Origin: a virus
Taxonomy: Duplodnaviria; Caudoviricetes
Virus record (IMG/VR): IMGVR_UViG_3300022555_000003
Span: 32,001 to 96,000 of that record
Length of the DNA stretch: 64,000 bases
Strand: one strand, 5' to 3'
Made by a program: the position numbers and the translations under genes. The notes under the pieces were generated by a model. The model was given only the letters and a program-made list of their open reading frames with translations, had not been told where the DNA came from and made no database searches. Position 1 is the stretch's first letter, and each line of letters starts with the position of its first letter. Below, piece after piece: positions 17,378-26,657 of this stretch.

Positions 17378-17944
17378 ATGAAAAATAAAAAAGTAATACT
17401 GTTTGCATTGATAATCACAGGAATTATTTCTGTATTATTTGTTGGATATAATATTTATGATAAGAATTATGTATCATCTGATTTTAAACATACTCTTATT
17501 GCTGCGGTCACTCCAACTGCAACAGAGGACGAAGTTAAATTATATATTCGTGATGCAAGAGTACAAGTTCGAACAAAAAAAGATTCAGATGTTTTAAACA
17601 AGTTAGAAACTAGTATAATTGATATCAAAGTAGCAAGAGATAAGAAAATGGAAATTATGAAAACAGCAGTTAAAGCTCTAGAGATAAGAAAGTTTTCATT
17701 AGATAGGTATTCCTCATTTCTTAATCTTTGTAATGAAAATAATTTATCATGTTCATTTGTTGAAGCTAAAAAAATGATAGCTGATAATAAAAAACAATTT
17801 GATGAATTTAATCAGGCTGCTAATGAAGCTGATAAACATGCAGAAGAAAAGTTAGATATAGCAAAAAATTTGTATAATACAGTTCGAATCGATCTTGGAT
17901 TACCAATTATTGAAATTGTTCACGAATATAACTTTTATAAGTGA
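17378..17944 (+). CDS. Membrane-anchored helical protein
   Basis: N-terminal hydrophobic segment followed by coiled coil. Confidence 0.65.
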   Translation: MKNKKVILFALIITGIISVLFVGYNIYDKNYVSSDFKHTLIAAVTPTATEDEVKLYIRDARVQVRTKKDSDVLNKLETSIIDIKVARDKKMEIMKTAVKALEIRKFSLDRYSSFLNLCNENNLSCSFVEAKKMIADNKKQFDEFNQAANEADKHAEEKLDIAKNLYNTVRIDLGLPIIEIVHEYNFYK

Positions 17945-17977
17945 AACTCAAAAATTTGATCTTGAACATTGAAATAC

Positions 17978-18067
17978 GGAAGCGCACACCGATTGGCGAC
18001 GGGGACTGCCTCGAAAGCAGTTGTACCTTAACCGGACTTGTGGGTTCAACTCCCTCCGCTTCCGCCA
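17978..18067 (+). tRNA. tRNA-Ser(CGA)
   Basis: GGAAGCG/CGCTTCC acceptor, loop CTCGAAA, long variable arm, G73-CCA. Confidence 0.9.
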
Positions 18068-18103
18068 CGTAAAAGTCAAGATAAATAAAAATTTTATTTT
18101 GAG

Positions 18104-18160
18104 TTGACATTTCTTTAACCAAACTGCTATACTTAAAGAGTAGCAAATAAACAGGAGATA
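18104..18160 (+). promoter_or_regulatory. Early promoter plus leader, repeated at 19717-19772
   Basis: TTGACATTTCTTTAACCAAACTGCTATACTTAAAGAGTAGCAAATAAACAGGAGAT occurs at both sites. Confidence 0.85.
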
Positions 18161-18163
18161 CAA

Positions 18164-18325
18164 ATGAAAAGTATTTACCACACTTGCATTGTTAGATTCC
18201 ACGGCGATTTTGTTGTTAGCGGTCCGCGGAAGAATTCAGAACGAAAAGCCGCCATCAAGCGGACTGCAAAACGGATTGCCCGTAAAATGGACTGGAAAAT
18301 CGCTTTAGAAGATGTTGACATTTAA
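18164..18325 (+). CDS. Small basic early protein (53 aa)
   Basis: Manual translation MKSIYHTC...; CAGGAG SD; promoter immediately upstream. Confidence 0.7.
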   Translation: MKSIYHTCIVRFHGDFVVSGPRKNSERKAAIKRTAKRIARKMDWKIALEDVDI

Positions 18326-18350
18326 TTGCTCAAACTGCTATACTTATTAT

Positions 18351-18548
18351 ATGATAGAGATAGGCACGTACAAAACACGAAATGGTTTAACCGCAGTTGT
18401 TGAATCTGTTAGCTACGAAAGTTATGCAGATGGCTATATCATGTTGAAAACAAAGAACGTTTACCGGCATTGGAACATTGATACCGGTTTCAAAGTTTGT
18501 TTTTCAAAACACGGTAAAAATCCGCAAGATTTAGTTGAAAAAATATGA
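18351..18548 (+). CDS. Hypothetical early protein
   Basis: Follows TTGACA...TATACT; YKTRNG..A.V pattern. Confidence 0.6.
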   Translation: MIEIGTYKTRNGLTAVVESVSYESYADGYIMLKTKNVYRHWNIDTGFKVCFSKHGKNPQDLVEKI

Positions 18549-18775
18549 AAGATTTCTTAGGAATTGAGCTGCAAGTTGGTGATTATGTTGTGGTTATGCA
18601 GCAAGGGTACAGAGAATTTTCTGTATACAGAATCTTGCGATTTACTTCAAAATGTGTTCGTTTGAAAAGTTCCCATAGGGAACTATTGCAGTATTCTTCG
18701 CAAGTTATAAAAATTGACGAAATGCAAGCTGGCTACTTAATTTTAAGTGGTAAAATCAAGCCTATAACCATATGA
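18545..18775 (+). CDS. Hypothetical protein (SH3/KOW-like beta pattern)
   Basis: MKDFLGIELQVGDYVV. Confidence 0.55.
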   Translation: MKDFLGIELQVGDYVVVMQQGYREFSVYRILRFTSKCVRLKSSHRELLQYSSQVIKIDEMQAGYLILSGKIKPITI

Positions 18776-18794
18776 AAACAAAGGGATGAATTTT

Positions 18795-18916
18795 CGTAAA
18801 ACGTCGTATAACGCATTATATGACTCAACCTGGGGTCACTATACAATACTTGTAACAAGACACCCTTAAACGGCGTTTCATTTTGGTTGACATTTAATTG
18901 CTCAAACTGCTATACT
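18795..18916 (+). repeat. Palindromic promoter cassette, copy 2
   Basis: AAAACGTCG...CGGCGTTT, then TTGACA...TATACT. Confidence 0.8.
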
Positions 18917-18947
18917 TAAAGAGTAGCAGAAACAGGAGATAACAAAA

Positions 18948-19214
18948 TTGGTAAAAACAAACGACTTTGAAACAGATGTACGCGCTGGATATTACCGGAA
19001 AGAGCGGAACGAAGCTTATAATCCCAAGACTAATCGGTATGACAAGGGCGTAGGCTTGACATTTGATGCAGATTTTAAGGCTTTTTTACTTGACAGCGGC
19101 GTTCCAGAGCAGTACGTTGTGAAGGTAGCTTCCTACGCATGGCAGCAAGGGCATGCCAGTGGCGAGGAAGAAGTACTAAATTCTGCCTACGACTTGATTG
19201 AGATCTTCAACTAA
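18948..19214 (+). CDS. Hypothetical early protein
   Basis: CAGGAG SD, TTG start. Confidence 0.65.
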   Translation: MVKTNDFETDVRAGYYRKERNEAYNPKTNRYDKGVGLTFDADFKAFLLDSGVPEQYVVKVASYAWQQGHASGEEEVLNSAYDLIEIFN

Positions 19215-19225
19215 ACAAAGGACTT

Positions 19226-19426
19226 ATGCCACGTATTATTACAGTTGATTTTTGTGTAAACTGCCCGTATTGCGAACCACAATGGGGAGGCAGTTTAGAT
19301 ATTGTAGACGAATATTGCACCAAGGAAAGGAGATATATCACACAAGCTGACAGATTTCTCCTCTTCCCACAGTGGTGCAAACTCGTTGAAAACAAAGAAC
19401 CAAGCGTACCACAAAACGTCGCATAA
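19226..19426 (+). CDS. Small Cys-motif protein, paralogue 1
   Basis: C..CP.C...CTKERRYIT..D....FP.WC.L. Confidence 0.7.
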   Translation: MPRIITVDFCVNCPYCEPQWGGSLDIVDEYCTKERRYITQADRFLLFPQWCKLVENKEPSVPQNVA

Positions 19427-19521
19427 CGTGTTCCTTGTCTTGAGTTGGGTCTAATGTACTCAACACACTCTTAAAATTGCTTAAACGACGTTTGACATTT
19501 AACCAATCAAACTGCTATACT
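19409..19521 (+). repeat. Palindromic promoter cassette, copy 3
   Basis: CAAAACGTCG...CGACGTTT overlapping TTGACA; TATACT at 19516. Confidence 0.8.
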
Positions 19522-19531
19522 TAAGGATAAA

Positions 19532-19720
19532 ATGAAAAATATCAATGATTGTACGGAGTGCCCGCATAATGTAGTTAATCAAGAGGTTAATTATTCTGAA
19601 TCTTGTACAAAGGAAAGGAGATATATCACTCTAAATGATGTAATGTGTGGTCCTTTTCCATTGTGGTGTCCGCTTGAACGGGTTGAAAATACCGATTTTA
19701 TTCAATCCAGAATTGCTTGA
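19532..19720 (+). CDS. Small Cys-motif protein, paralogue 2
   Basis: Same motif as 19226-19426. Confidence 0.7.
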   Translation: MKNINDCTECPHNVVNQEVNYSESCTKERRYITLNDVMCGPFPLWCPLERVENTDFIQSRIA

Positions 19721-19787
19721 CATTTCTTTAACCAAACTGCTATACTTAAAGAGTAGCAAATAAACAGGAGATTAAAACACACACAAC

Positions 19788-20807
19788 ATGGCAATTGAAA
19801 TTTTGATTAAAGATGGCAGTTACAGAAACGAACAGATCAAAAACGAAAAGTTCACGCTAGTGAAAGGTTTTAACCAGGGACTAAAGGGCGGCTACGTAAC
19901 AGTTAAGAACGGCGAGAGATTTCCAGGCTTTCCAGAATACATCAAAATTAAAGTTGACAGTATTAAGAGCTATTCGTTGTGCAACCTAGCTGACGAAGAC
20001 ACTGTTGAAAACGACGAAATTGCAGAGCCTGAAGTTATTGAAACTGATGAGCAAGTGATGAGCAATATTGATGAGCGCTTTGACATGCTGAGCGAGCTTG
20101 CTGATGCGGCCTTCAACGGCGACATTACGGCGCTGATTGTGCAAGGACCTCCCGGCGTTGGCAAGAGCTACGGTGTTACCACCCAGCTTGAAAAGAATTC
20201 ACTGTTTGATGAAATTGCAGGTCGCCCTGTTAAGTTTGAAATTGTTAAAGGCGCCGCCACTCCGCTTGGCTTGTATGCTAAACTTTACAAACATTCAGAC
20301 GTAGGTCACGTGATTGTATTTGACGATATTGATTGCTTGTTTTATGATGACCTGAGCTTGAACTTGTTGAAAGCGGCACTTGATTCTTCCAAGAAGCGGC
20401 GCATTTGCTGGAATTCCGATAGCTCCTTGCTGCGGCGGGAAGGCATTCCGGATAGCTTCGACTTCAAGGGAACGGTAATTTTCATCACGAATTTGAACTT
20501 CAACAATATCAAAAGCAAGACACTGCAAGGACATTTGGCGGCACTGCAATCCCGCTGCCACTTTATCGACCTTGGTATTGAAGGTACGCGCGGCATGCTT
20601 CTGCGGATTCAGCAGATTGTGAACAAGGGTATGCTGGATAGCTACAATTTTACAGACGAAGGCAAGCAGGAAGTTGTTGAGTTCATCAAAGAAAAAGCCA
20701 ACTGCATTCGCGAAATTAGTTTGCGCATGGTAATCAAAATTGCTGATTTGAAGAAATTAAATTCAGTTAGCTGGAAGCGTATGGCGCAGGTGACCTGCTG
20801 CAAATAG
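19788..20807 (+). CDS. AAA+/P-loop ATPase
   Basis: Walker A GPPGVGKS, Walker B IVFDD, sensor FITN, arginine finger SRC. Confidence 0.85.
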   Translation: MAIEILIKDGSYRNEQIKNEKFTLVKGFNQGLKGGYVTVKNGERFPGFPEYIKIKVDSIKSYSLCNLADEDTVENDEIAEPEVIETDEQVMSNIDERFDMLSELADAAFNGDITALIVQGPPGVGKSYGVTTQLEKNSLFDEIAGRPVKFEIVKGAATPLGLYAKLYKHSDVGHVIVFDDIDCLFYDDLSLNLLKAALDSSKKRRICWNSDSSLLRREGIPDSFDFKGTVIFITNLNFNNIKSKTLQGHLAALQSRCHFIDLGIEGTRGMLLRIQQIVNKGMLDSYNFTDEGKQEVVEFIKEKANCIREISLRMVIKIADLKKLNSVSWKRMAQVTCCK

Positions 20808-20832
20808 GCAGCAGGTTATACAGGTAAACTAT

Positions 20833-21045
20833 ATGACAAGAAAAGAAATTCAAAAAGTTATCATTGACAATCCAAGCAAGCAATTATATATTCGACATAG
20901 TAGTGGAATAATTGATTTCCATGAAAGAGTTAGTAAGACCCGTGTGCTGGAGAATTCAAAATATATTTTTTTCGCGTTAGCACGTATGGAGAGGAACGAC
21001 CAGATTTGGTTCGTTTTTCACATACACCTGACACAAGAGAATTAG
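20833..21045 (+). CDS. Hypothetical protein
   Basis: ORF track. Confidence 0.5.
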   Translation: MTRKEIQKVIIDNPSKQLYIRHSSGIIDFHERVSKTRVLENSKYIFFALARMERNDQIWFVFHIHLTQEN

Positions 21046-21088
21046 TTGGTTGGGACAACGAGATCGTTACATTTTTTGCAGGAGATAA

Positions 21089-21256
21089 ATGAACAGAGTT
21101 ACTATTTTCTTCTTTTTACTGAGCTTTGCTATACAAAATATATTTTTGATTTATTATGGCGTTAAGTACAATTTTGGAATAATGAAAGTTCTTTTTTATA
21201 GCAATGTATTTTTACTTGGCTCTTTAATTGGAACTATAATTTCATACAATGTATGA
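21089..21256 (+). CDS. Small hydrophobic protein (55 aa)
   Basis: GGAG SD; two hydrophobic stretches; ATGA overlap with the next gene. Confidence 0.55.
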   Translation: MNRVTIFFFLLSFAIQNIFLIYYGVKYNFGIMKVLFYSNVFLLGSLIGTIISYNV

Positions 21257-21453
21257 TACGAATTAAACTCAATTTTTTACCTCTTTTTGATGTCGACAGT
21301 GAATTTGTTTTTAATGATTTTTTAATCTGGATGAATGAAAATATTGGAATACGTGGCAAAGATTGGGAATGGTTATCAGCTGATGTGTGTGATATTTCGG
21401 TATGTGTAAAAGATCCTGAGTTTGCTACATTAATTGCATTGCGTTGGAAATAA
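21253..21453 (+). CDS. Small paralogue, family C (…KDPxKAxLxALRW)
   Basis: WMNENIG...W.W...KDPEFATLIALRWK. Confidence 0.8.
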   Translation: MIRIKLNFLPLFDVDSEFVFNDFLIWMNENIGIRGKDWEWLSADVCDISVCVKDPEFATLIALRWK

Positions 21454-21454
21454 A

Positions 21455-21625
21455 ATGATACAAGTTAAAATTAATAATGGCAATCTGCAATTCCCGCGTT
21501 GGTTGATAGAAAATATTGGTGAATTCGATATTGATTGGAAATGGTCAGATCCCTATTCAGGGTCTTATTCTGTTGATGTTAAAGATCCAGAAAAAGCTGT
21601 ATTTGTTGCATTAAATTGGACTTAA
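21455..21625 (+). CDS. Small paralogue, family C
   Basis: WLIENIG..DW.W..KDPEKAVFVALNW. Confidence 0.75.
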   Translation: MIQVKINNGNLQFPRWLIENIGEFDIDWKWSDPYSGSYSVDVKDPEKAVFVALNWT

Positions 21626-21626
21626 A

Positions 21627-21821
21627 ATGACACCTGTTATGATTCCAGATAGTCCATCAATCTTTTACAGTTCTTCTAAAATGATTGATTGGATGCATGA
21701 TAATGTTGGAGCATTTAATGTAGATTGGAAATGGGTTTCAACTGAACAACTTAGTAGATCAGTTTTAGTAAAAGATCCACAAAAAGCTGTATTGGTTGCA
21801 TTGCGTTGGGGTGCAAAATGA
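21627..21821 (+). CDS. Small paralogue, family C
   Basis: KDPQKAVLVALRWGAK. Confidence 0.8.
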   Translation: MTPVMIPDSPSIFYSSSKMIDWMHDNVGAFNVDWKWVSTEQLSRSVLVKDPQKAVLVALRWGAK

Positions 21822-22012
21822 CACCTATTAAAATTCCTAATCTATTAGAAAGATATCCTGACAATTCTAAATTTATTGCTTGGATGCAAGACAATGTTGG
21901 AGCATTTAATGTAGATTGGAAATGGCTAACAATGGAATCTTTTAGCATCTCAGTTAAAGTGAAAAATCCACAAAAAGCATTATTGGTTGCATTGCGTTGG
22001 GGTGCAAAATGA
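21818..22012 (+). CDS. Small paralogue, family C
   Basis: Central DNA nearly identical to the previous gene. Confidence 0.8.
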   Translation: MTPIKIPNLLERYPDNSKFIAWMQDNVGAFNVDWKWLTMESFSISVKVKNPQKALLVALRWGAK

Positions 22013-22338
22013 TAGATACAATCAGTCAAAATGGAATACTTGTTCCGAATGGTCCTATTGGGCCAAGTGGAGTGACAGATCCAAACTATCAAAATGGAAT
22101 ACTTGTTCCGAATGGTCCAACTGGGCCCAATGGCGTAGTGTGTCCTTTTGCTGTAAATATTTCAGATCTACCAGAGTTTACTAGAAATGAATTTTTTATT
22201 GAATGGATGAGGGAAAATATTGGAGAATACAAGAAAGAATGGGATTGGACAAATATAAATAATCCATACAGTATTTCAATTAGAGTAAAAGATCCACAAA
22301 AAGCAATATTAGCTGCATTACGATGGGGATCAAAATGA
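22009..22338 (+). CDS. Family C paralogue with N-terminal QNGILVPNGP duplication
   Basis: Repeated CAAAATGGAATACTTGTTCCGAATGGTCC. Confidence 0.8.
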   Translation: MIDTISQNGILVPNGPIGPSGVTDPNYQNGILVPNGPTGPNGVVCPFAVNISDLPEFTRNEFFIEWMRENIGEYKKEWDWTNINNPYSISIRVKDPQKAILAALRWGSK

Positions 22339-22604
22339 CAAAGATAAAAATTCCTAATGTATCTAATTCTGATAGTATAGATGTGATTATTAAATGGATG
22401 AATGAAAATATTGGCATATGTAATTTAGATTGGTACTGGGCTAATATGAGATCATTTGATGCATCAGTTCTAATTAGGGATAAAAATAAAGCAGTGTTTG
22501 CGATGTTACGATGGGATCAAAATGATTGTATGTATTCAATTTTCAGAACAGTTCGAAGCAGATATTTTTTTACGGTGGATGGACGAGAATGTTGGAAGAT
22601 TTAA
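22335..22604 (+). CDS. Family C paralogue with frameshifted 3' end
   Basis: AMLRW followed by read-through owing to GGG instead of GGGG. Confidence 0.7.
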   Translation: MTKIKIPNVSNSDSIDVIIKWMNENIGICNLDWYWANMRSFDASVLIRDKNKAVFAMLRWDQNDCMYSIFRTVRSRYFFTVDGRECWKI

Positions 22605-22707
22605 TGAAGACTGGTATTCAATGACTGTTATAGGTAGTAATATTTCAATCAAAGTAACAGACCCACAAAAAGCCACATTAGTTGCATTGCGTTGGGGTTT
22701 GAAGTGA
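22522..22707 (+). CDS. Small paralogue, family C
   Basis: TDPQKATLVALRWGLK. Confidence 0.8.
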   Translation: MIVCIQFSEQFEADIFLRWMDENVGRFNEDWYSMTVIGSNISIKVTDPQKATLVALRWGLK

Positions 22708-22817
22708 TTAAGAAAGATTCTGAATTAGACGAAGGTAATGATACTCTAAGTGATAAAGAGCTTGCTTTCTGGATCATAGTAAACTTAATATTATTTCTTG
22801 TCATTAGGAATTTCTAG

Positions 22818-23891
22818 ATGAATACAAGTATTGAAGATACGGTAAATTTTCTATTATCTATGCGAATCACCACAACGTGGCATTGTGGTGACCCGCCACG
22901 ATTAAGTATTAAGGATAGAACAACATTAGAAAATATACGGTATAAAAGTGCTATTGGACTAACCACTAAACAACGAAATTATATATTGTTGATTATAAGT
23001 AAGTATTTACTACTTTTAAAAACTTTAGGATGGCCGGTTGATGATCTAATGGATCCAAATTGGACAACACCATTATTACCAGATATTGTAAGGACTAAAT
23101 ATCATATTGACTTTTCAAATGTCACCGATGAATTTATCATTTACATTCCGTATGATCAACAATTAGTGAAATATTTAAATTCGATTACTAATAGTAAAAA
23201 CTTTTTTGATTTGTTGATATTTGACAAACCTGCTAAAGTGTGGCGAGTGATGAATGGAGAGCAAGGCAAAAAGTTAATAAAATGGTTATTAAGAAATTAT
23301 AGAAGTTTTAGTTGTGACGAAGAAGTTACTGAGCAAATAAACAATATTGAAGTATTAACACCAACAGTTAAATTTTTAAATAATCAATGGATTCTAGATA
23401 ATGCAGCTCCATCATTACAAACAGTATTTGATGAAATTGTAACAAAAGAGTTAACGCCAGTTCAACAAGCATATGAAATAAGTTCGTGTTATGTTTCGTT
23501 TCATTTTTCTGCAAAGAACTATTTAAAAAATTGGCTAACCACGAATCAAGTTAACATATTATGTGAAGAAGATGTTATAATTAAATGTAGTGAAGTACAA
23601 GAACTCATTGACTTAACTCTCTTGATAAATAAGTGGCCTATATTGGTAATATATAATAAATTTGATAATGAATTAACGACAGCATTAGACACTGTAAATT
23701 GGCCAAAATATGAACTTGGTACTGTTATGAAGAAAAAAGATTGTGAAGAACCTTGCTTATTATTAGATAAGTGTAATAAACCTATTAAAGGTTCTGTCAA
23801 AGTTCCTTGGGTAGTAAGATACAAATCATCTGTTATTTTACAAAGTATTTTCAGCCGATATAATAAATTAGTTGTAGTGGAGAAAGATTAA
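22818..23891 (+). CDS. Hypothetical protein upstream of uvsW
   Basis: 357-aa ORF coupled to the helicase. Confidence 0.75.
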   Translation: MNTSIEDTVNFLLSMRITTTWHCGDPPRLSIKDRTTLENIRYKSAIGLTTKQRNYILLIISKYLLLLKTLGWPVDDLMDPNWTTPLLPDIVRTKYHIDFSNVTDEFIIYIPYDQQLVKYLNSITNSKNFFDLLIFDKPAKVWRVMNGEQGKKLIKWLLRNYRSFSCDEEVTEQINNIEVLTPTVKFLNNQWILDNAAPSLQTVFDEIVTKELTPVQQAYEISSCYVSFHFSAKNYLKNWLTTNQVNILCEEDVIIKCSEVQELIDLTLLINKWPILVIYNKFDNELTTALDTVNWPKYELGTVMKKKDCEEPCLLLDKCNKPIKGSVKVPWVVRYKSSVILQSIFSRYNKLVVVEKD

Positions 23892-25366
23892 TGCAAAAAT
23901 GTACGCTAACAATTCATGATGAAGTCAACTGTACATTTAGTGGTCTAGACTTGAAGTTACGAAATCAATTGGTTAAAGATTTCAAGCGGATGATTCCTGG
24001 CATGCAATATATTCCGTCAGTTAGATTAGGTCGTTGGGATGGTAAGAAGTTATTTTTTTCACTTGCTGGAAGTACTTTTATAAATCTGTTGGATGAAATT
24101 TTACCAATACTTGATAGGTATGAATATACTGTTGATGTCATTGACAATAGAATTAACAAACAACAGTTTGAATTTGAACTAGTTGATGAAAACAAGTATG
24201 CTCATTTAAATTGGCCAGTTGGTCATGAGAATGCAGGCCAACCAATTAAATTGAGAGATTATCAAGTTGATATGGTTAATACTTTTCTAAATAATCCACA
24301 ATCAATTTATTGTGCAGGAACTGGATCAGGTAAAACTTTGGCCACAGTGGCTATGTCACATAGTGTAGAAAAATATGGGCGAACAATTGTAATTGTTCCT
24401 AATAAAAGTTTGGTAACTCAAACTGAACGTGATTATAAATTATGCAAGCTTGATGTAGGGGTTTGGTTTGGAGATAGAAAAGAGTTTGGTCATACTCATA
24501 CAATTTGTACTTGGCAATCTTTAAACGTATTATTGAAGAAGAAGAAAAATCGACCAGTAGAAGAAGAATTGTTAGAAGGTATTTCAATTGATGACATGCT
24601 TAAAGATGTTGTTGCAGTAATTGGAGATGAGTGCCATTTATCGAAAGCTAATGTGCAAATTGAGTTATTTACTGGAGTTTTCGCTAATGTACCTATTAGA
24701 TGGGGATTAACTGGAACAATTCCAAAAGATGATCACGATTGGTGGTGTTTATTGTGTAGCATTGGTCCGTTGGTAGGAACTATTGCTGCATCAGAACTAC
24801 AAGAACAAGGTGTATTAAGTAATTGTCATGTTCATATTAAGCAATTAGTTGACTATGGTGATTATCAAAATTATCAAAATGAATTAAAATATCTAGTTGG
24901 AGATACTGATAGATTAACTTACATCTCGGGTTTAATTGAACAAATTTCAAAAACCGGAAATACATTAGTTTTAGTTGATCGAATTGAAACTGGAGAATTA
25001 TTAGAATCGCTAATTCCTAATTCTGTATTTTTAAGTGGGCGAGATAAAGTTTCAAAACGTAAAGTAGAATATGATTCAATTGAAGTAATAGATAATAAAA
25101 CATTGATAGCAACTTACCAAATAGCAGCAGTTGGTATTTCTATTGTTAGGCTTAATAACTTGGTTTTATTAGAAGCTGGAAAAAGTTTCACTAAAACTAT
25201 TCAAAGTATTGGAAGAGGTTTGCGAAAAGGTTTCGATAAAGACTTTGTGAATATTTATGATGTATCATCAACTTGTAAGTATTCAAAACGGCATTTAACT
25301 AAACGAAAAACATATTACAAGGAAGCAGAATATCCGTTCACTGTAGATAAAGTTACTTGGAAGTGA
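23891..25366 (+). CDS. uvsW: SF2 DNA helicase, UvsW-like
   Basis: LRDYQ, GTGSGKT, DECH, GLTGT, QSIGRGLR motifs. Confidence 0.92.
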   Translation: MQKCTLTIHDEVNCTFSGLDLKLRNQLVKDFKRMIPGMQYIPSVRLGRWDGKKLFFSLAGSTFINLLDEILPILDRYEYTVDVIDNRINKQQFEFELVDENKYAHLNWPVGHENAGQPIKLRDYQVDMVNTFLNNPQSIYCAGTGSGKTLATVAMSHSVEKYGRTIVIVPNKSLVTQTERDYKLCKLDVGVWFGDRKEFGHTHTICTWQSLNVLLKKKKNRPVEEELLEGISIDDMLKDVVAVIGDECHLSKANVQIELFTGVFANVPIRWGLTGTIPKDDHDWWCLLCSIGPLVGTIAASELQEQGVLSNCHVHIKQLVDYGDYQNYQNELKYLVGDTDRLTYISGLIEQISKTGNTLVLVDRIETGELLESLIPNSVFLSGRDKVSKRKVEYDSIEVIDNKTLIATYQIAAVGISIVRLNNLVLLEAGKSFTKTIQSIGRGLRKGFDKDFVNIYDVSSTCKYSKRHLTKRKTYYKEAEYPFTVDKVTWK

Positions 25367-25369
25367 AAT

Positions 25370-25597
25370 ATGAAATATAATACAAGATCAGAAATAGGCG
25401 ACAATAAGTATTATGAAAACTGGCACAAATATTTTGCATGGTATCCGTGTTACTGTGAATTAGACAACTACACTGGAAAAACAGTGTGGTTAGAATATGT
25501 GTACAGGAGAAAAGTGAGAGTCGCAAGATATAATGGATTCGCAGCCACATGGAAATATGAATGCGAATATAAAGAGTTTGATTTAACAAAGGAATAG
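25370..25597 (+). CDS. Small paralogue, family D (W..xFxWxP...WL..VYRR)
   Basis: WHKYFAWYP...WLEYVYRR. Confidence 0.7.
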   Translation: MKYNTRSEIGDNKYYENWHKYFAWYPCYCELDNYTGKTVWLEYVYRRKVRVARYNGFAATWKYECEYKEFDLTKE

Positions 25598-25615
25598 TGT
25601 TATACTTAATTATAC

Positions 25616-26116
25616 ATGAGAATTCTTACTAACGAAAATAAATCAATTAACATAGATGCCTTACCAGAAGATGTAGATGATTTACGCTTCTGCGTACTTG
25701 ACAATAGTGACCCAAATGAATGTGATTATTTTTTTGTCCCACTAATCTTTTTAGAGAGTTTTATGACACCTGCTTTGGTTCTTAAACTCGGAAAATATAC
25801 AGTGGTAGCTCCACTAGATTGGCAAATTTTGATTGGTGAACCTGATCATGGTGAATTAGAAGTTGTGCCTTTGACTAGCATTAATGATAGGGGTTTCAAA
25901 GCGTTTGCTATAAATCCACTTAGCAGCTACAGGCCAGAATTTTTACCTATTGAGATTGTTGATGTCTTTACTGATTCGAGATGGTTTTTTCCAAAGTTAA
26001 GGAATGGTCAAATTTTGTGTGTGCCGTTAACTGATAAAGATAAATCACAATGTGTTTATTTTGTGAAAGATATTTCAAGAAATAACGAGATTGTTAAGTA
26101 TGCCAAAGCCTGGTAG
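25616..26116 (+). CDS. Hypothetical beta-rich protein
   Basis: 166-aa ORF after TTGATT-17-TATACT promoter. Confidence 0.75.
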   Translation: MRILTNENKSINIDALPEDVDDLRFCVLDNSDPNECDYFFVPLIFLESFMTPALVLKLGKYTVVAPLDWQILIGEPDHGELEVVPLTSINDRGFKAFAINPLSSYRPEFLPIEIVDVFTDSRWFFPKLRNGQILCVPLTDKDKSQCVYFVKDISRNNEIVKYAKAW

Positions 26117-26408
26117 TATAAATATTATCAAAAGATTAGAACAGATGGAAACCAGACCACTTCAAATTAAATATAATAATTATCAAAAAAAGTTCTTATG
26201 GTTTCCAACAGATATACAATGGCACAATATTCCTGTAATTTCTGGACAAATATTAAACATAGTTTCAAAGCATGTTCCCAAATATAAATGGCTCACAACA
26301 GTTTATAGGAGAGAAATTATATTAATCTACGAAGATGGCAATGTAGCTAAATTTTGGGAATATACAGACAATATTCTTGATATTATAAAGAGAGATTCTA
26401 TAAATTAA
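26091..26408 (+). CDS. Family D paralogue (start may be 26145)
   Basis: KFLWFP...KWLTTVYRR...EY..NILDII.RD. Confidence 0.7.
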   Translation: MLSMPKPGSINIIKRLEQMETRPLQIKYNNYQKKFLWFPTDIQWHNIPVISGQILNIVSKHVPKYKWLTTVYRREIILIYEDGNVAKFWEYTDNILDIIKRDSIN

Positions 26409-26657
26409 ATGAGTTCATGTGAATTTAGTCCTCTTCATGGTAAAGTATGTGGAAAGTGGGAAGAAGTATTTTTGTGGTTCCCAACTTGTTTTCCAAATCA
26501 CAAGCAAAGAAAAATAAACATATTCAATCTAAGATTTATATGGCTTAGAAAAGTATTTAGGAGATGGGTTAGATCAGAACATATTGATGGGTTGGCTTTC
26601 TTTAGGTATGAATATGCTGAATCTATATTAGATATCATTGAAAGAGATGCCAACTAA
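26409..26657 (+). CDS. Family D paralogue
   Basis: WEEVFLWFP...WLRKVFRR...EYAESILDIIERD. Confidence 0.7.
   Translation: MSSCEFSPLHGKVCGKWEEVFLWFPTCFPNHKQRKINIFNLRFIWLRKVFRRWVRSEHIDGLAFFRYEYAESILDIIERDAN

Noticed and set aside
17142-17381. ORF start inside tRNA-Ser; other track ORFs antisense to tRNAs
   Set aside because: The overlap is artefactual; a real gene probably starts at the later ATG (MTEKEF), and the antisense ORFs lack support.
21253-22707. Diversity-generating retroelement or integron as the source of the arrays
   Set aside because: No reverse transcriptase, TR/VR pair with adenine-specific differences, tyrosine integrase or attC-like intergenic sites were seen in this window.
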